Part shown: one piece after another, positions 40,453 through 53,618 of the stretch | Position numbering within the stretch: the stretch's first letter is position 1 | Layout of the letters: each line of letters starts with the position of its first letter | NCBI RefSeq assembly: GCF_006345805.1 | Contig: NC_042997.1 | Coordinates: 16,678,001 to 16,742,000 of the forward strand | DNA from: Octopus sinensis | Taxonomy: Eukaryota | Direction: 5' to 3' | Length of the DNA: 64,000 nucleotides | The notes under the pieces: generated by a model | Told to the model about the DNA's origin: nothing | The model's input: the letters and a program-made list of their open reading frames with translations, nothing else | Database searches by the model: none | Position numbers and translations under genes: made by a program

Positions 40453-42792
40453 TACTGTGTGTGAGAGAGAGAGAGAGAGTGGGTAGAGAAGATAATATAT
40501 TCAGGGATATTTTTTCTGAAATCTCTTCTTTACATTTCAACATTTGATCTTATCTAATTGTTTTTCCTCCTTTTAAAAATCTCTTTACAAATCATTATTG
40601 AAAAGAAGATATGTAGTGATGGTAGAGGTGAAGGTGTTGGTGCATGGTGGGTCGTTGGGATAAACATGAAGTGGAATAGAGCAGAGGCAGTTAGACACTA
40701 AGAGAAGAGAGAGGACTTTAAAGGAATTTGGGTTTTATTTGTTCATTAGCACATTCAAACACAAAATCACAACTTGACAACTACTATGTGTATATCTTCC
40801 GCCTCCTCCACCTTCTTATTATCACACAATTCCTTCTGCTCAATGACATCGATGTCAATGTCATCATCATCGTCACCATCGTCGTCGTCATCATCATCAT
40901 CATCATCATCTCCAACAACATACATTATTGAAGGCAAGTCATTAATTATATTGTATGTAAATGTATGTTTGTCCATCAGGCTATTTATGTATGCATAGTA
41001 TAGGTTTGTGTGTATGCTTATATATATTTATATATATACAGTGGTGAGCTAGACCTGTTTTGCATTGGTTTACGAAAACTGGTCACTAAAATGGTTTTTA
41101 AGATGAGATAGGTTGTTGATTTTTTACTGGATTCTGAATAGAGATCTACTGAGAAAATTTACAGTGCCACTGTTATGACATGTTGTCCAATAATTCTTCC
41201 AATCCTCCTTTGCAATTCAGTTGCATTTTACTGTTTTGCAATAAAGGATAGTTGATTTTTGCTGTGTAAGATTTTTTTTTTCATTGTTAACCTAAGATGA
41301 TTGGTAAAGTTTATTTGCTGTAATGAAAATGTTCATGAGTGCTTATATGTATCTGTGTACTAATGAATGTTTGTGCATATGTGTGTGCATGTGTGTCTAT
41401 GTGTACATATGTATGTATGGAATTGTGTGCTGTGTATTGCTTGTGCCCTTGTAGCATCATCATCCTTTTCTTTTTCCCTTTAATTTATCATATATTGTAT
41501 CTATCCATTTTCTTGTCAAACTCTCTCTTCTTTTCTATACCTTTAACTTGACACCTAACTGCTACACCTTTACTAGTTATTTCAAGAATCCTCTGACCCA
41601 ACTCTGCTTCGTTCATTCTCTCCCCTTCCTGAATCTAACATTTCTCCCACTAAGTCTATCTATCCCTCAACTTCACAATTTTCCCTTACTTTTTCACTCC
41701 CAGATAAACTCTAAAGCTACAAGGGATTATATATTAAGCCCCCTCCTAACAAATAAACAATTATAATTGTCAGACCTCTTGTTTTAATGACTTTTGTCAA
41801 TGCAGAGCATTGTTAGTTTCCCCCAGACTCTGGATTTTACTCTATTTTAAGATTATATTTCATGACCCTCATAATGAAGTGATAATACATTATTGATATT
41901 GGAATGTTTTTTCATACAGACTGTGATCAAAATTTTATTGTTTTCAGTGAACCACTTGTCAAAATTTTGGTAGCTCATCACTGTATACATAAACATAAGC
42001 ACTCAAACACATGTATATATATATACACACATGCAAGTATATGCATATTTACATACAATTATGCATATATGTGGGTGAGTGGGTATGCATATGTATGTAT
42101 AAGTTTGTGTGTGTATGACTGTGCCTGCATGCAAGTGTTGAAATGAGTGTGCATAAATTGTGTGTGTGTGAAGATGTGCCTCTGTTTTTAAATGTGAGAA
42201 TATCAGATTATCTTACAGTACATGGATAAGTATGTTTGTTATATATAAGAATAAAATTCTTGGGTAATTCATTTGATGTGTTGTATATAAGATTTGCTGC
42301 TTAACATTCTGATTTTATCTCTTGAAACAATAACCTTATTTTAGCTCCATATTTTAATAAGTTGTCTCTGTTTTTATACTGCATTCTTTCATATACTATC
42401 TCTATCATATTCATTAATTTAGTTTTGTTTTCTCCTTCTATATACTGTAATATTTGCTTAAACTTTGTTGAAATGATATTAAATTTTTAAACAGTCATAT
42501 TTTCCAATGCAATTTTAATGAGTGCATTAAATGACATGATATAAAATACTTGTTCTGATGTGGAATAAGTAATTATTGTAGAATATTTCCACTCAAATAT
42601 GGTCTTTATTTGACTGATAAAAGAATAGTAAGATGAAATGTTAAACCTACAATAATCATTGTAATCTTTCTTGACAATTTTGATATTTTGATATTAAGTA
42701 CTTTAAATTATTAAATTTTTGTCTGATTTGTCTGTTTTACCTCTTTTCAAAAACATTACATGTATGCATACATATACATACACTCTTACACA

Positions 42793-42831
<39 letters not shown>

Positions 42832-42856
42832 TATAATATATCTATGTGCATGCATG

Positions 42857-42906
<50 letters not shown>

Positions 42907-42949
42907 TGTATGTGAACATGTGTGTGTATATGTGTTGTGTGTATATATG

Positions 42950-42997
<48 letters not shown>

Positions 42998-43868
42998 ACA
43001 CATGCACACATATTTATCATATTTCATTGCTTTCCTTTTGTTTATTGATTAATTCGTCATCCATGTGTATTCTTTGCATTGTTTTTATTATTATTATTTG
43101 AACCCCCTTTTCTTTTATTCCTCTGCAATATTTCTTTGTTTCTGTAGGAAAGTTTTGATTTTGATTGAGGTAGCCTTTTTTTAAAATCATTTTCAGTATT
43201 CTGTTTTCACATATAAACACTTGTCCAAATTGTATTAGACCGTTAAACACACAAACACAAAAATGCTTATGTTGGTTTCTGCATCTGTGTGTATGTGCTT
43301 GTACATACACACAAATGCACAAACCAACATATACACACATATGCATACATATAGACACAAAATTCTTAGAAAAAAAAAAAAAAAAGTTTGTCTCTAGTGT
43401 AAGTTTGCATATATTGATTTTAGATATTTTCTCACCTTGTTTACTTCTTTCTTCCATTCTGTTTTTCTTTCATTCTTTCTTTCAAAATGTCTTTTTAAAT
43501 AAAATTTATTTAAGATTGATTGTAACATTTATTATTAAAGTATGTAATCTAAAATAATATTTTTGATTCACCTCACTTTTAAGAAGGACATATTCTTGAC
43601 TCACTATTACACTGGTGCTCATTTCCCTATTTCCCTAATTCTTAGTTCCCATTCTATACATATCCAGTTTTCTGCATTACTGCATTATTTGTATACAAAT
43701 TATGATATAATTTGAACACATTGTTTCTGATGTATGGATTGCTTATGGTACATACAATTAAATACACACTCACAGACACACCCACCCACATACACACACA
43801 CACACACACATATACAAACTCAAGCATATATACATATATGTTATACATATATATATGTCATATATATA

Positions 43869-44151
43869 TAATTATTAAAGAGGACAACAAACATTAAGAC
43901 AAGGCAAATGTCTCAAGCCATATACATTATTGTTATTGGAAAAAATTCAGTCTTACAGCTGTTTCTCGGATATCCCAGAGTATGGGATATTCTGTCATCA
44001 CTTTCCCTATTTGTCTCTGATGATGGAATATCCTATACTCTTGGATATCCCAGAAACAGCTATAAGACTTTGAATTTTTTCCAATAATAATAACGTATAT
44101 GACTTGAGATGTTTGCCTTGCCTTAACGTTTGTTGTTGTCTTTAATAATTA
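43869..44151. mobile_element. 283-bp palindromic element (~130-bp arms) carrying two inverted minimal hammerhead-like motifs; Penelope-like pLTR or MITE
   Basis: Arm 43869-44000 is the reverse complement of 44019-44151 apart from mostly transition mismatches. Both ends lie in TA context. Plus motif: gtct CTGATGA-stem-GAAAC AGCT ATA agac (44013-44068). Confidence 0.75.
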
Positions 44152-44379
44152 TATATCCACTATATTGGAAATCTGCAATGGCTCTATAACTACCATCTCA
44201 GCTACAACCTTGGAGCCTTAGTAATCTATTACAGCACTTACCTAGTGTACCTAATCGTTTAGATCACCTGTGAACTAAACCCCCATATTTTGTGTATATA
44301 TATACATATACATATATATATATATATTTATATATATATATATATGACATGTACATATGCACGTAATACATTGACCATC

Positions 44380-44880
44380 CATACCATAACTTAGCGATTT
44401 GACAAATAGAGACAATAAAATAAGTACAATACTAGAATTAAGTACTGGGGGTTGATATGATCAACTGAAACACTTGAAGGTGGTGCCCCAGCATGGCCAC
44501 AGTCTAGTGACTGAAACCACTAAAAGAATAAAAAGAATCCTGCCTTTTTAAGGGTGTCTAGGACTACATTATTTAATGTGTCCTTTCCCTGTTTTTGAAG
44601 ACGGTGGGTGGGGGTGTAATTTGAGGGAGATTTGACTGTTGTTTCTTGCAGGTTGAGTGATTATATAGAAGCACCCTTGCTAATGTTACTTAATTTTATG
44701 TCAGTCTTGACTGAACACGTCTATGATCAAAGGCATTCTAGCCATGACCATCCCGTCTTTTTTTTTTGGAAGTGGGAGGATCTATGACTACATTATTTAA
44801 TGTGTGTCCTTCCCTTTTTAAGACAGTGAGGGAGATTTAGCTGCTATTTCTAGCAGGTTAAGCATTGTATCTGTTGGTAG
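44380..44880. mobile_element. SINE fragments
   Basis: aagtactgggggttgat..aaggtggtgccccagcatggcc is reverse-related to 3410-3450; tctatgatcaaaggcattctagccatgaccatcc is related to ~375-410. Confidence 0.5.
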
Positions 44881-46225
44881 TGATTGTGGTAGAGAGTGCT
44901 GTGATGCTGTTGAACACCACTGAAATATTGTATTCATGTAAGTTTAAAAATTTTGTTATATAGAGGCAGCACCTATGAAATAAGTATACTCTCCCAGACC
45001 ATTGAGAAAGATGTGGCTGATGCCCAGCCAAAATGATCAATTGATCAATGTCTGCCACATATGATTCATGTGGTGGTGGTGGTTGGGGAAGGAATAATTA
45101 CATTTATTCTACTCAAAAGAGTTAACTGGTGATGAGAAGAACATAAAAATTAGACCAGACAAAACAAACATTCAGCATTTTTGATAGAATAGGATTAAAA
45201 AGAATTTTTCAATGAAATTCTATTCTTACAACCTATGTTTTAGGGTGTTGGGGCTCTTATTTCATACATACTAACACTGCCATTGTCATTCACATTTTGA
45301 TTTTTCTTTTTTTCTGAAATATGATTGCATCACACACATCTTTGAAATTTTTCTTTCATTTACTGCTTGTAATGCTTGTTTAAAAAAAATGATGAAAATA
45401 TCCCACATGCTGAGGGTTATGTCAGGAGGTGTTCTTGCTATTATTATTGTAGTTGTTGATGATGATGATGTGTCTGTATGTTATTTATTTTTGAACCAAT
45501 CAGAAGCTTTCGTTGCACAGCCAATAATAAAATTAAATATGAGAAAGAGAGGGGGAGGGGTGATGAGAGAATGAGAAAGGAAGAAAGAAAAAAATGATGA
45601 AAAATAATACAGATCAAGGGAGAGGCAAAAAGTTAGAAAAATAGAGGAAGGAAAGTGATGGTAAGTTAGGAAAAGAGGGAAGATAAGAGAGATTTTAGAT
45701 ACAGAAATGAATTGTTCATAACCAAAGGTTGGGATAGAATTGAGATGAAAAGGTGAGGAAGGAATGGGGGAAGGGGAGAATGCCTACGAAGTTCTGTCAC
45801 TACAGCCAGTAGGGGAGAAGGGGAGTGGTGGTGGTGGCTGGGTGGGTAATTTTTCTTTTACCCACTAATTTTCTTCACTTTATTTTCCATAACTGATTTG
45901 CAGTGAGACAGTAAAAGAAGGCAAAGAAGAGAAAAAAAACACAAAAAATTTCAAAAAAATTTACACACATTAAAAAAATGTGTGCATATATGTGTGTGAG
46001 CATGCATGTGTATGTATGTGTATGTTTGTTAGTGTAAATATGCATTTCAGATTGAAACAAGAGGTTATAATAATATTTAATTTGACATTGTCAACAGTAG
46101 CCATTATTGTATTTATACAGTTAGCTTAGTTTTGATTTGATTGGATACTTTACTTTCAGTTTTCAATATGTTACTTAGTTGATTGGTTGGTTGTTGACTG
46201 CATATATTGTTACTTGGAGTTGGTA

Positions 46226-46243
46226 TTTATTGAGAAGTTTATT
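46226..46243 (-). terminator. Two AATAAA hexamers, possible proximal poly(A) signal of the GPI isoform
   Basis: Plus-strand tttatt at 46226-46231 and 46238-46243, about 280 nt after the stop. AATAAA is common by chance in this AT-rich DNA. Confidence 0.2.
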
Positions 46244-46376
46244 TATATAATTTTTATATTCATTGCATCTGTTACTGGACAAGGATAAAGAGAAAAAAAA
46301 AGTGTAGATTTCCATTTGATTAAAATGAATTTTTCTGGGTAATTTTTTTTTTCATGTTCATTATTAGTAATGAATG

Positions 46377-46420
46377 TCAAAAGAATAGTGGTACGAAATA
46401 ATTTATGTCGTCGTCCATTT
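46377..46420 (-). CDS. Possible alternative short terminal exon ((E)MDDDINYFVPLFF*)
   Basis: Acceptor ttttttcttttacag (46421-46423), about 95 nt past the GPI-exon stop. In phase with the FN3 exon; ends at TGA 46377-46379. Confidence 0.3.
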
Positions 46421-46517
46421 CTGTAAAAGAAAAAAATTGTCGCCGTTTTTTCGTACCTTGTTCACTGATCACTGAGATGTAGCATTGTTATGAGCTTTTC
46501 CCTTTTTTCATTTTCTT

Positions 46518-46663
46518 TTATTGGAAGACTTGAAACACCATTGCAAAAATGGTGAATAACTGAGTCAGGATTATAAGAATGTATGACTTCAGGCCTGTCC
46601 TGATGGCGGAGCTGGGATTCGATCTTGGCATACCATTTGAGGTTTGATACTGAGTTCCATTAA
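46518..46663 (-). CDS. Terminal coding exon with a GPI-anchor-like C-terminal signal ((V)NGTQYQTSNGMPRSNPSSAIRTGLKSYILIILTQLFTIFAMVFQVFQ*)
   Basis: Strong acceptor tcttctctatttccctttcag (AG within 46664-46666). Phase 1 start matches the FN3 exon (G+TT = Val). Contains an NGT sequon, small residues (S,N,G,S,S,A), then a ~20-aa hydrophobic tail ending at TAA 46518-46520 with no cytoplasmic domain. Confidence 0.8.
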
Positions 46664-47219
46664 CTGAAAGGGAAATAGAGAAGATAAATTTCTTCAACGA
46701 AGATAGTCATCATACATTTGTATAACTATGCCATGCTATTATTCTATGTAGTTCTTTTGTATCTTGTAACTTAAATATGTCTAAACTAGTAGTTAAACAT
46801 TGAGATAAAAAAACACTTCTACAACTAATTTTATATTTTATTTTTATTTTTACTTAGCTGGTTGACTTAACCTGGTGCCTGGTTCATCACCATCACATGA
46901 CCCTTGAGTGACTTTGACTACAGCAGATCCACCATGTTTCCAGTCCTGTCCTTGCATCAATTTCAGAAGCCATGCAGAAGTTAATGGGCACTGTCTTCCA
47001 CCTTGTAACTAATCCATAATATATATATGCTGAAAACCAGGTTGATAAACTTTTACCCCTAAGATCCACACTTCGTTTCTCACAACCAATATCTATCCTA
47101 ATCTACCTAATGGCAAATAGGTATCACAAATGTTATAGTTTCCTATAGTAAGTAAAAGTACTGTTTAATTGATGAGTATTTCATTAATTTGCAGATTTAA
47201 CTCTCAACTTGCAATTACT

Positions 47220-47560
47220 TTAGAACACATTGGGTCCTGTCTTATTGACTTGTTCTGGATGTATAGCCAAATGAACGCCAAATTCTTCAAGTTGTTGTTC
47301 TGCAACTCAATAGATTAAAGAGCAGATCATGTTTATCCTTGCATGAATTGGTGGGGAAGGAGTAGTGCCTATGACTTTTGCTGATCCTCTTAGACCATTA
47401 AAATTAAGGTGGCTGATGCCCAGCTTTAACGACTTCAGAAAAAATGTTGGTTTGGAAGTGATGGTTGCAGTAAAGTGAGCTTTATCTGATGATGTGCATG
47501 ACCTGCCACATGGATTTGACTCTACTTCTGAAACATTTGAAACTCTGACTGTCTCTCTCT
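47220..47560 (-). mobile_element. Probable old LINE endonuclease N-terminal fragment
   Basis: Reads ..SLKLGISHLNFNGLRGSAK.., APE-start-like. The gtggctgatgcccagc core recurs at ~45015 (LGISHIFLNGLG), so it is a repeat. Confidence 0.4.
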
Positions 47561-47975
47561 GTAACTCAAGTTTGTCTCACACATTAGAACTAGCAAGAAG
47601 TTAAAAATAAAAGCCCTAGACTTATGTTCTAATTCTTAACCTCATTTACAATTTCATATGACCAACAACAAATGCAGTGTTGAGCACATAGTCTCATCTG
47701 TATATACTATTATATATACATATATATGTATATAAACACACACACACACAAACAAACACACACACACATATATAGAGACCTATGTAATTATTTGTTAATG
47801 AAGAACCTCTTCTAATTTTCTAAAATAATCTGAAAAATAATATTTTTAACAATAAAGTAATTAATTTCTTAAGAAACTAATGATTTTCATTAAATAATAC
47901 ATGGCTTAAATATGAATTTTTGTAAACAGTGCTTGATTATAACAGAAAACGATACTTACACACACACACATATAA

Positions 47976-48066
<91 letters not shown>

Positions 48067-48486
48067 CTATACACATACACGCATATACATACATTTACAT
48101 ACACACATGAATTATTAATGAAAGTTGAAATTTCAATTTAAACATTTGAGACTGAAGAAGAACAAGAACCAATTGACAGGAATCAACCAACCCATAGAGG
48201 TAAATTTTTCTGATAAGTAAGAGATACATGAATCACTTCCTGTAAATTGGATAATTGTTGTTTTTAATCTCAAATTGTTGTTTGCAAATATATGTGTACA
48301 TATTATATATATATATATATATTGAAAATAATCATAAATCATTTAGAATCTGTCAATTAATACTAATATGTGGATTAACACACAAATACACACATATATA
48401 CAAAATATATATATGTATGTGTATATGTATATATATGTGTGTGTGTCTGTAAATATATGTATATATTACATATATATACAGGTATA

Positions 48487-48551
<65 letters not shown>

Positions 48552-49639
48552 GCACATACATATGTATGCATATATATATGTATGTGTGTCTTGAAGCTTG
48601 CTTATAAGCACATCTCCTGGTTTTCTTTCAGTACTGATAAAAAAAAAAATTCCTACCTATACATAATTTAAAAGAATTAGATACATTTACATGCAAAAAT
48701 TCTTCAGATTCAGTGTTTCTTTATAAAATAGTTTCTATAGAAAATCCTTATGAAGATCCCTGTGGTGCATTTATGAATGCTCAAATATGGGAAAATTAGT
48801 GATTAGTCACAAGAAAGATTTTTTTGTTAGAATTCTTTGTATGTAGGAAGATTTTTAATGCAAGAAATTGGAATATTCAGTAAAGAAGTTTCACATGTGG
48901 GTGTAGTTAAGGATTGAAGGTATAAATAAATAAACAAATAAATAAATTTGTAATTGTGCATGTATCTTAGTTTGTTATTTATTTATTTAGCTAAAATCTA
49001 TATTACTACCTGATATGTGGACTGGGATAGGGTGGGAGTTTCTAGAATATTGTGTTTTATAATGGAATTCAATGGCTTTAAATCAGTTCTTTTTTGTAAG
49101 TTGGTGGGACATGGGTCAGGTCATATATAGATCAATTCACAGAATATATTATGTGTGTGCATATTGTGCGAGTAGTGTGATACACACACACACATGTGCA
49201 CGTGCACACATGCATTTTTATTTACATACATACATATATATATATATATATGATGATACTCAAAATTGCATTTATACATATGTACCCAAATTCATATATA
49301 TATATATATATATGATATATATATATGATATATATATATATATAAATGAAAAAAGAGAGAGATAATGTGGGTGGGATTGATACATTCATTTAAATGTTTA
49401 CATCACAGATATATGTGTTTTTGAACAAGGATAAAAGGGAAAAAGTATAGGTTTCTATTTAATTGCAAATTTTTTGATAATTTTTTTCGCTTGGATACGC
49501 ACATGTAATGTGTACTTGTGTGTGAATACATGCATCTATATGTTTATTTTTAGTGCTTATATATATTTATTTATGTTCACTTATGTATGAGCATACATAT
49601 ATGTATTTATGTATTATCTATCTATCTATCTATATATGT

Positions 49640-51728
49640 GGGAAACCTGGAAGAGTTGGGGCAGCAGGGAACTGTACCAGATTGCCAGAAGTGAGGCTGG
49701 GAGTCAGGTATATATAGCCAAGGGAGAAGCAGAAAAGAAGAAGAAGTTTGCCAATGTTCAGTGATGTGAGGACCAAAGAACTGAAGTATTTCGGATTTCA
49801 AGACAGTATGTGAGAGAAAATTGATGTTACAGGAGAGAAATGTATCTGCATGGATAATGGTGCACTTGGTTTTAATGCCATTATGAAAGGCTGCTGAATG
49901 TGGAGAATGAATGGGAGGAGGAGAGCTTGCCAAATGTTGACCCAGTCAAGGGATAGGCTACCCAAATCGATTGCACCCTGGTAGATAAAGCAATTAAGGA
50001 TATGAAGTCAGGAAAAGCCCCCGTCCCATCAGGAATTACTGCTAAGATGCTTAAAATACCTGGTGGTGTGGGTTATGGTCTTGTCACCCGTATTGTAAAT
50101 CAGGTGTTTCAAGAAGGAGTCATGCCCAATGACTGGTGTAGCAGCACAATAGTCAACTGCTACAAATGTAAAGTGATGCTTTAGATAAAAATAACTACAG
50201 GATATCAAACTGCTGGATTAGTTGATGAAAGTCACGGAGAGGTTCATAATCCAACTAATTAGGGAGAGAGTCTGCTTAGATGAGATGCAGTTTGGTTTGG
50301 TGTCAGGTAGAAGCATCACTGATGCTATATTTCTGGTAAGGCAACTGCAGGAAAAATACCTAGCCAAAGATAAACCCCTATATTTGGCTTTTGTTGACTT
50401 GGAGAAAACCTTTGACAGGGTCCCCCAATCCCTTATCTAGTGGGCAATGCTCAATCTGTAGAAAAGGTGTAGGTAGAAACTCCATAAGATGTACCCAGTG
50501 TAAGCTGTGGACACATGAGTGGTGCAGCAACATCAAAGGAAGGTTAACCTTCCTTTGTGTAAGGCAGATGCATAGGGGCAATAAACACTGAAGATGCACA
50601 GAAAACAGATTCCATCACATGCCAGTGGGAGCAACTAGAAGTAGTTGATAGCTTCTGCTACCTAGGTGACCAAGTCTGTAGTGGTGGGTGGATGCTTGGA
50701 GAGCATTGCCACAAGAATAAGAATAGCCTGGGCAAAGTTCAGAAACCTCCTACATCTACTGGTGACAAATGGCCTCTCACTCAGAGTGAAAGGTAGACTT
50801 TATGATGCATGTGTGTGTACTGCCATGCTACACGGCAGTGAAACATAGGCCATGATTGTTGAGGACATACATTGAAAGAAATGAAGCTAGTATGTCACTG
50901 TGCACACACAACAGAATACAAGCAACCTGAGAGAAATGTTGGACAAGAAGCATCAGAAGTGGTGTGCAAGAGAGACAACTGCACTGGTATGGTCATGTGC
51001 TGCATATTGATGAGGAGAGCTGTGTGAAAAAGTGTTACTCCCTAACAGTGGAAGGAATCCATGGAAGAAGGAGACCCAGGAAAACATGGGATGAAGTGGT
51101 GAAGCACGAACTTCAAATGCTGGGCCTCACAGAGGCAATGACAAGAGACCAAGAGCTCTGGAGATATGCTGTGATTGAGAAGACCCGGCAAGTAAAGTGA
51201 GATCACAGCCATAGCCTATACCAGTGTCGCATAACCAGTCCATTTAAAAAGTATCTTTGAACTGTCAGGCAACACGCTATGCTCGAGGAGACCTATTGAG
51301 TCAAGTAAAATCAAAACTCAAAATCAAAATCACAATCAGAATCTCAATCAAATAGAAACCAAAAATAGAAATTGTAGTTGTGGCCAGTGCCAATGCCACC
51401 TCACTGGCTCCCGTGCTGGTGGCATGCAATTAGCACCATTCATGCATAGTCTGTTGCCAGTGCTGCCTGACTGGCTTCTGTGCCATTAGCACATAAAAAG
51501 CACCATCCAAACATAGCTGATGCCAGTGCTGCCTGACTGGCTCTCATACCGGTGGCACATAAAAAGCACCCACTACACTCTTAGGTTGGTTGGCATTATG
51601 AAGGGCATCTAGCTGTAGAAACACTGCCTGATCAGATTGGAGCCTCATGCAGCCTCCTGGCTTGCCAGTCCCCAGTCAAACCGTCCAACCCATGCCAGCA
51701 TGGAAAACGGACTTTAAATGATGATGAT
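49640..51728 (+). mobile_element. 5'-truncated, internally deleted RTE LINE with RT fragments, 3'UTR and (GAT)n tail
   Basis: MKSGKAPVPSGI, DEMQFGLVSGRSITDAIFLVRQLQEKY..LAFVDLEKTFDRVP, MLHGSET and HWYGHVL; ends ggaaaacggactttaaatgatgatgat. Confidence 0.92.
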
Positions 51729-52429
51729 ATATATATATAGGTAGATAGATAGACTCATTTAGTTATTTACATTATGTATGGATAGTTGCATTTATATCTA
51801 TATATGTAGGTGTGTGTGTGTGTGTGTGTAATGCTCATATTAACTGGCATATATTTTTATGTGAACTAAGGATGAATTACAGTTGAATATATTCACACAT
51901 GCATTTGTATGTATCTATAAGCATTCTAATAGCTACATGAGTGTATTGCATATTAAACACACATATATGCAAATATGTGTGCATCTGTTAGTACACACAC
52001 ACATATATATGTTTGTATGTATGTGCACAGATGTGTATGAGTGCATAAGAACATTAGCATAAATGTAAATAGGCTCATGTGTGCATGACACAGATGCATA
52101 GATGTATGCATCCATATATGCATTTTGTTCTTTTTAAATTGCCTTGTGTTCCCATATTTCTCTGTTCATATAATTTCATTTATTGATAATGTGAGCATAC
52201 AACCATAGAATACATGTATTATACAGATCTTATACATGTAGTACATGCATATATATGCATTTATGGCGCTTGCCTAATTTATATAAGTTAAAATGTTTTA
52301 ATCAGTTTCCAGATAATTAAGTTATTTCTTTAGCGCTTTAAAAAAATTTTGTTACTTATTTTGTAAAAGTGAATTAGCACTCAATTAGTTTTATGCAATT
52401 TTAACATTCAAGCTTTTTATATTTGTACG

Positions 52430-52652
52430 TTTATAAGGCATCGAGCTGGGAGGATTGTCAGTGTGGCAGGAAAAATGCTTTGTGGTATTTCTTCCGATTT
52501 TGTTTTGGGTTCAAATGCTGTCACAGTTGACCTTGCCTTTCGTCCATTTAGGGGTTGGTAAAATAAGTGCCAGTTGAGCTGTGGGGTTGATGTAATTGAC
52601 TTACTTCCTCCCCTAAAATTATTGGCCTTGTTCCAAAATTTGAAACCAATAT
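52430..52652 (-). mobile_element. SINE-like repeat, inverted relative to 20820 and 55625-56260
   Basis: Reverse complement aligns by eye with 20820-21010. Confidence 0.7.
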
Positions 52653-53591
52653 TTGTATACCTGTTGTTAATGCATGGATGTATATTCATGTGTATGTGTG
52701 TATGTGTGTGTGAGTATGCATGTATGTGCATGCATGTATGCATGTGTGTGTGTGTGTGTGTGCATGTACATATATGAATATGTGCATACCTACATGTGTA
52801 TATTGAAAGTGGGAACATAGCACAAGGAAGTGTATGTAAATATCTGAGTATACACAGACATGTTTGCCTGTGCATGAATGCACACTCATTTGCATGTGCA
52901 TTTGTGTGAGTGCATGTATGTGCATGCGAATACATGTGTGACATCATGCATAGCATATGTGCACACATAATATAAACCATGAGTTAATTTATATTTGACC
53001 TCCAAATTTCTCTACATATTAAAAAAAAATCATCCACTGCAAGCCAAACTACATATTCTGTAGTCATAAAACCAATTTAGCTAAATATATAAATGCCAAA
53101 TTTATATATATGTACAATTACAGATTTATTTATTTATTTATATTCTTATTTCTTAACTATACCCAGAAGTAAAATCACTTTAGTGAAATTTCCTTTTTTT
53201 TCCATTAAAAATCCTCCTACATACAAAGAATCCCTGCAAAACATTTTTTGTCACTAATCATTAGTTTTCACATTTATAAGTTTACCATGGGTGCTTTCAT
53301 TGGAATTTTTTAAACTTTGTCATATGTTTATGTGAGGAGCTAGAATTTGTGTCAAGTTGTTTTTAGTGTTGCTGAAAGAAAATCAAGTGGCATGTATATA
53401 TGCAAGCTTCAAATATCTTAATGCCAATCACCAAATGATCAAGATGAAATTTTATGTAGCAACTTCCACACACACACACACACACACACTCACATACTTT
53501 TCATGCAAAATTTCATGTATTTTGAGAGACATTGTTTTCTTTTTGTGCCCAGAATGAAATTATTTTTACATGATTCTCTTTCTTTACTTAC

Positions 53592-53618
53592 CTTGTTCTA
53601 GAGAAAGAAAAGCTGAAT
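53592..53618 (-). CDS. Candidate microexon of the FN3-GPI gene: 27 nt (DSAFLSLEQ) or, from a nested acceptor, 6 nt (EQ; 53592-53597)
   Basis: Consensus donor AAG|gtaagt (53586-53591). Two polypyrimidine acceptors: ttattatctcttttag (53619-53621) and cttttctttctctag (53598-53600). Both forms are phase 1-1, stop-free and lie in the intron between the two exons above. Confidence 0.55.

Noticed and set aside
47290-47515. In-phase open frame that could be an alternative terminal exon of the FN3 gene
   Set aside because: Its core recurs at ~45015 and resembles a LINE endonuclease start, so a repeat origin is more likely.
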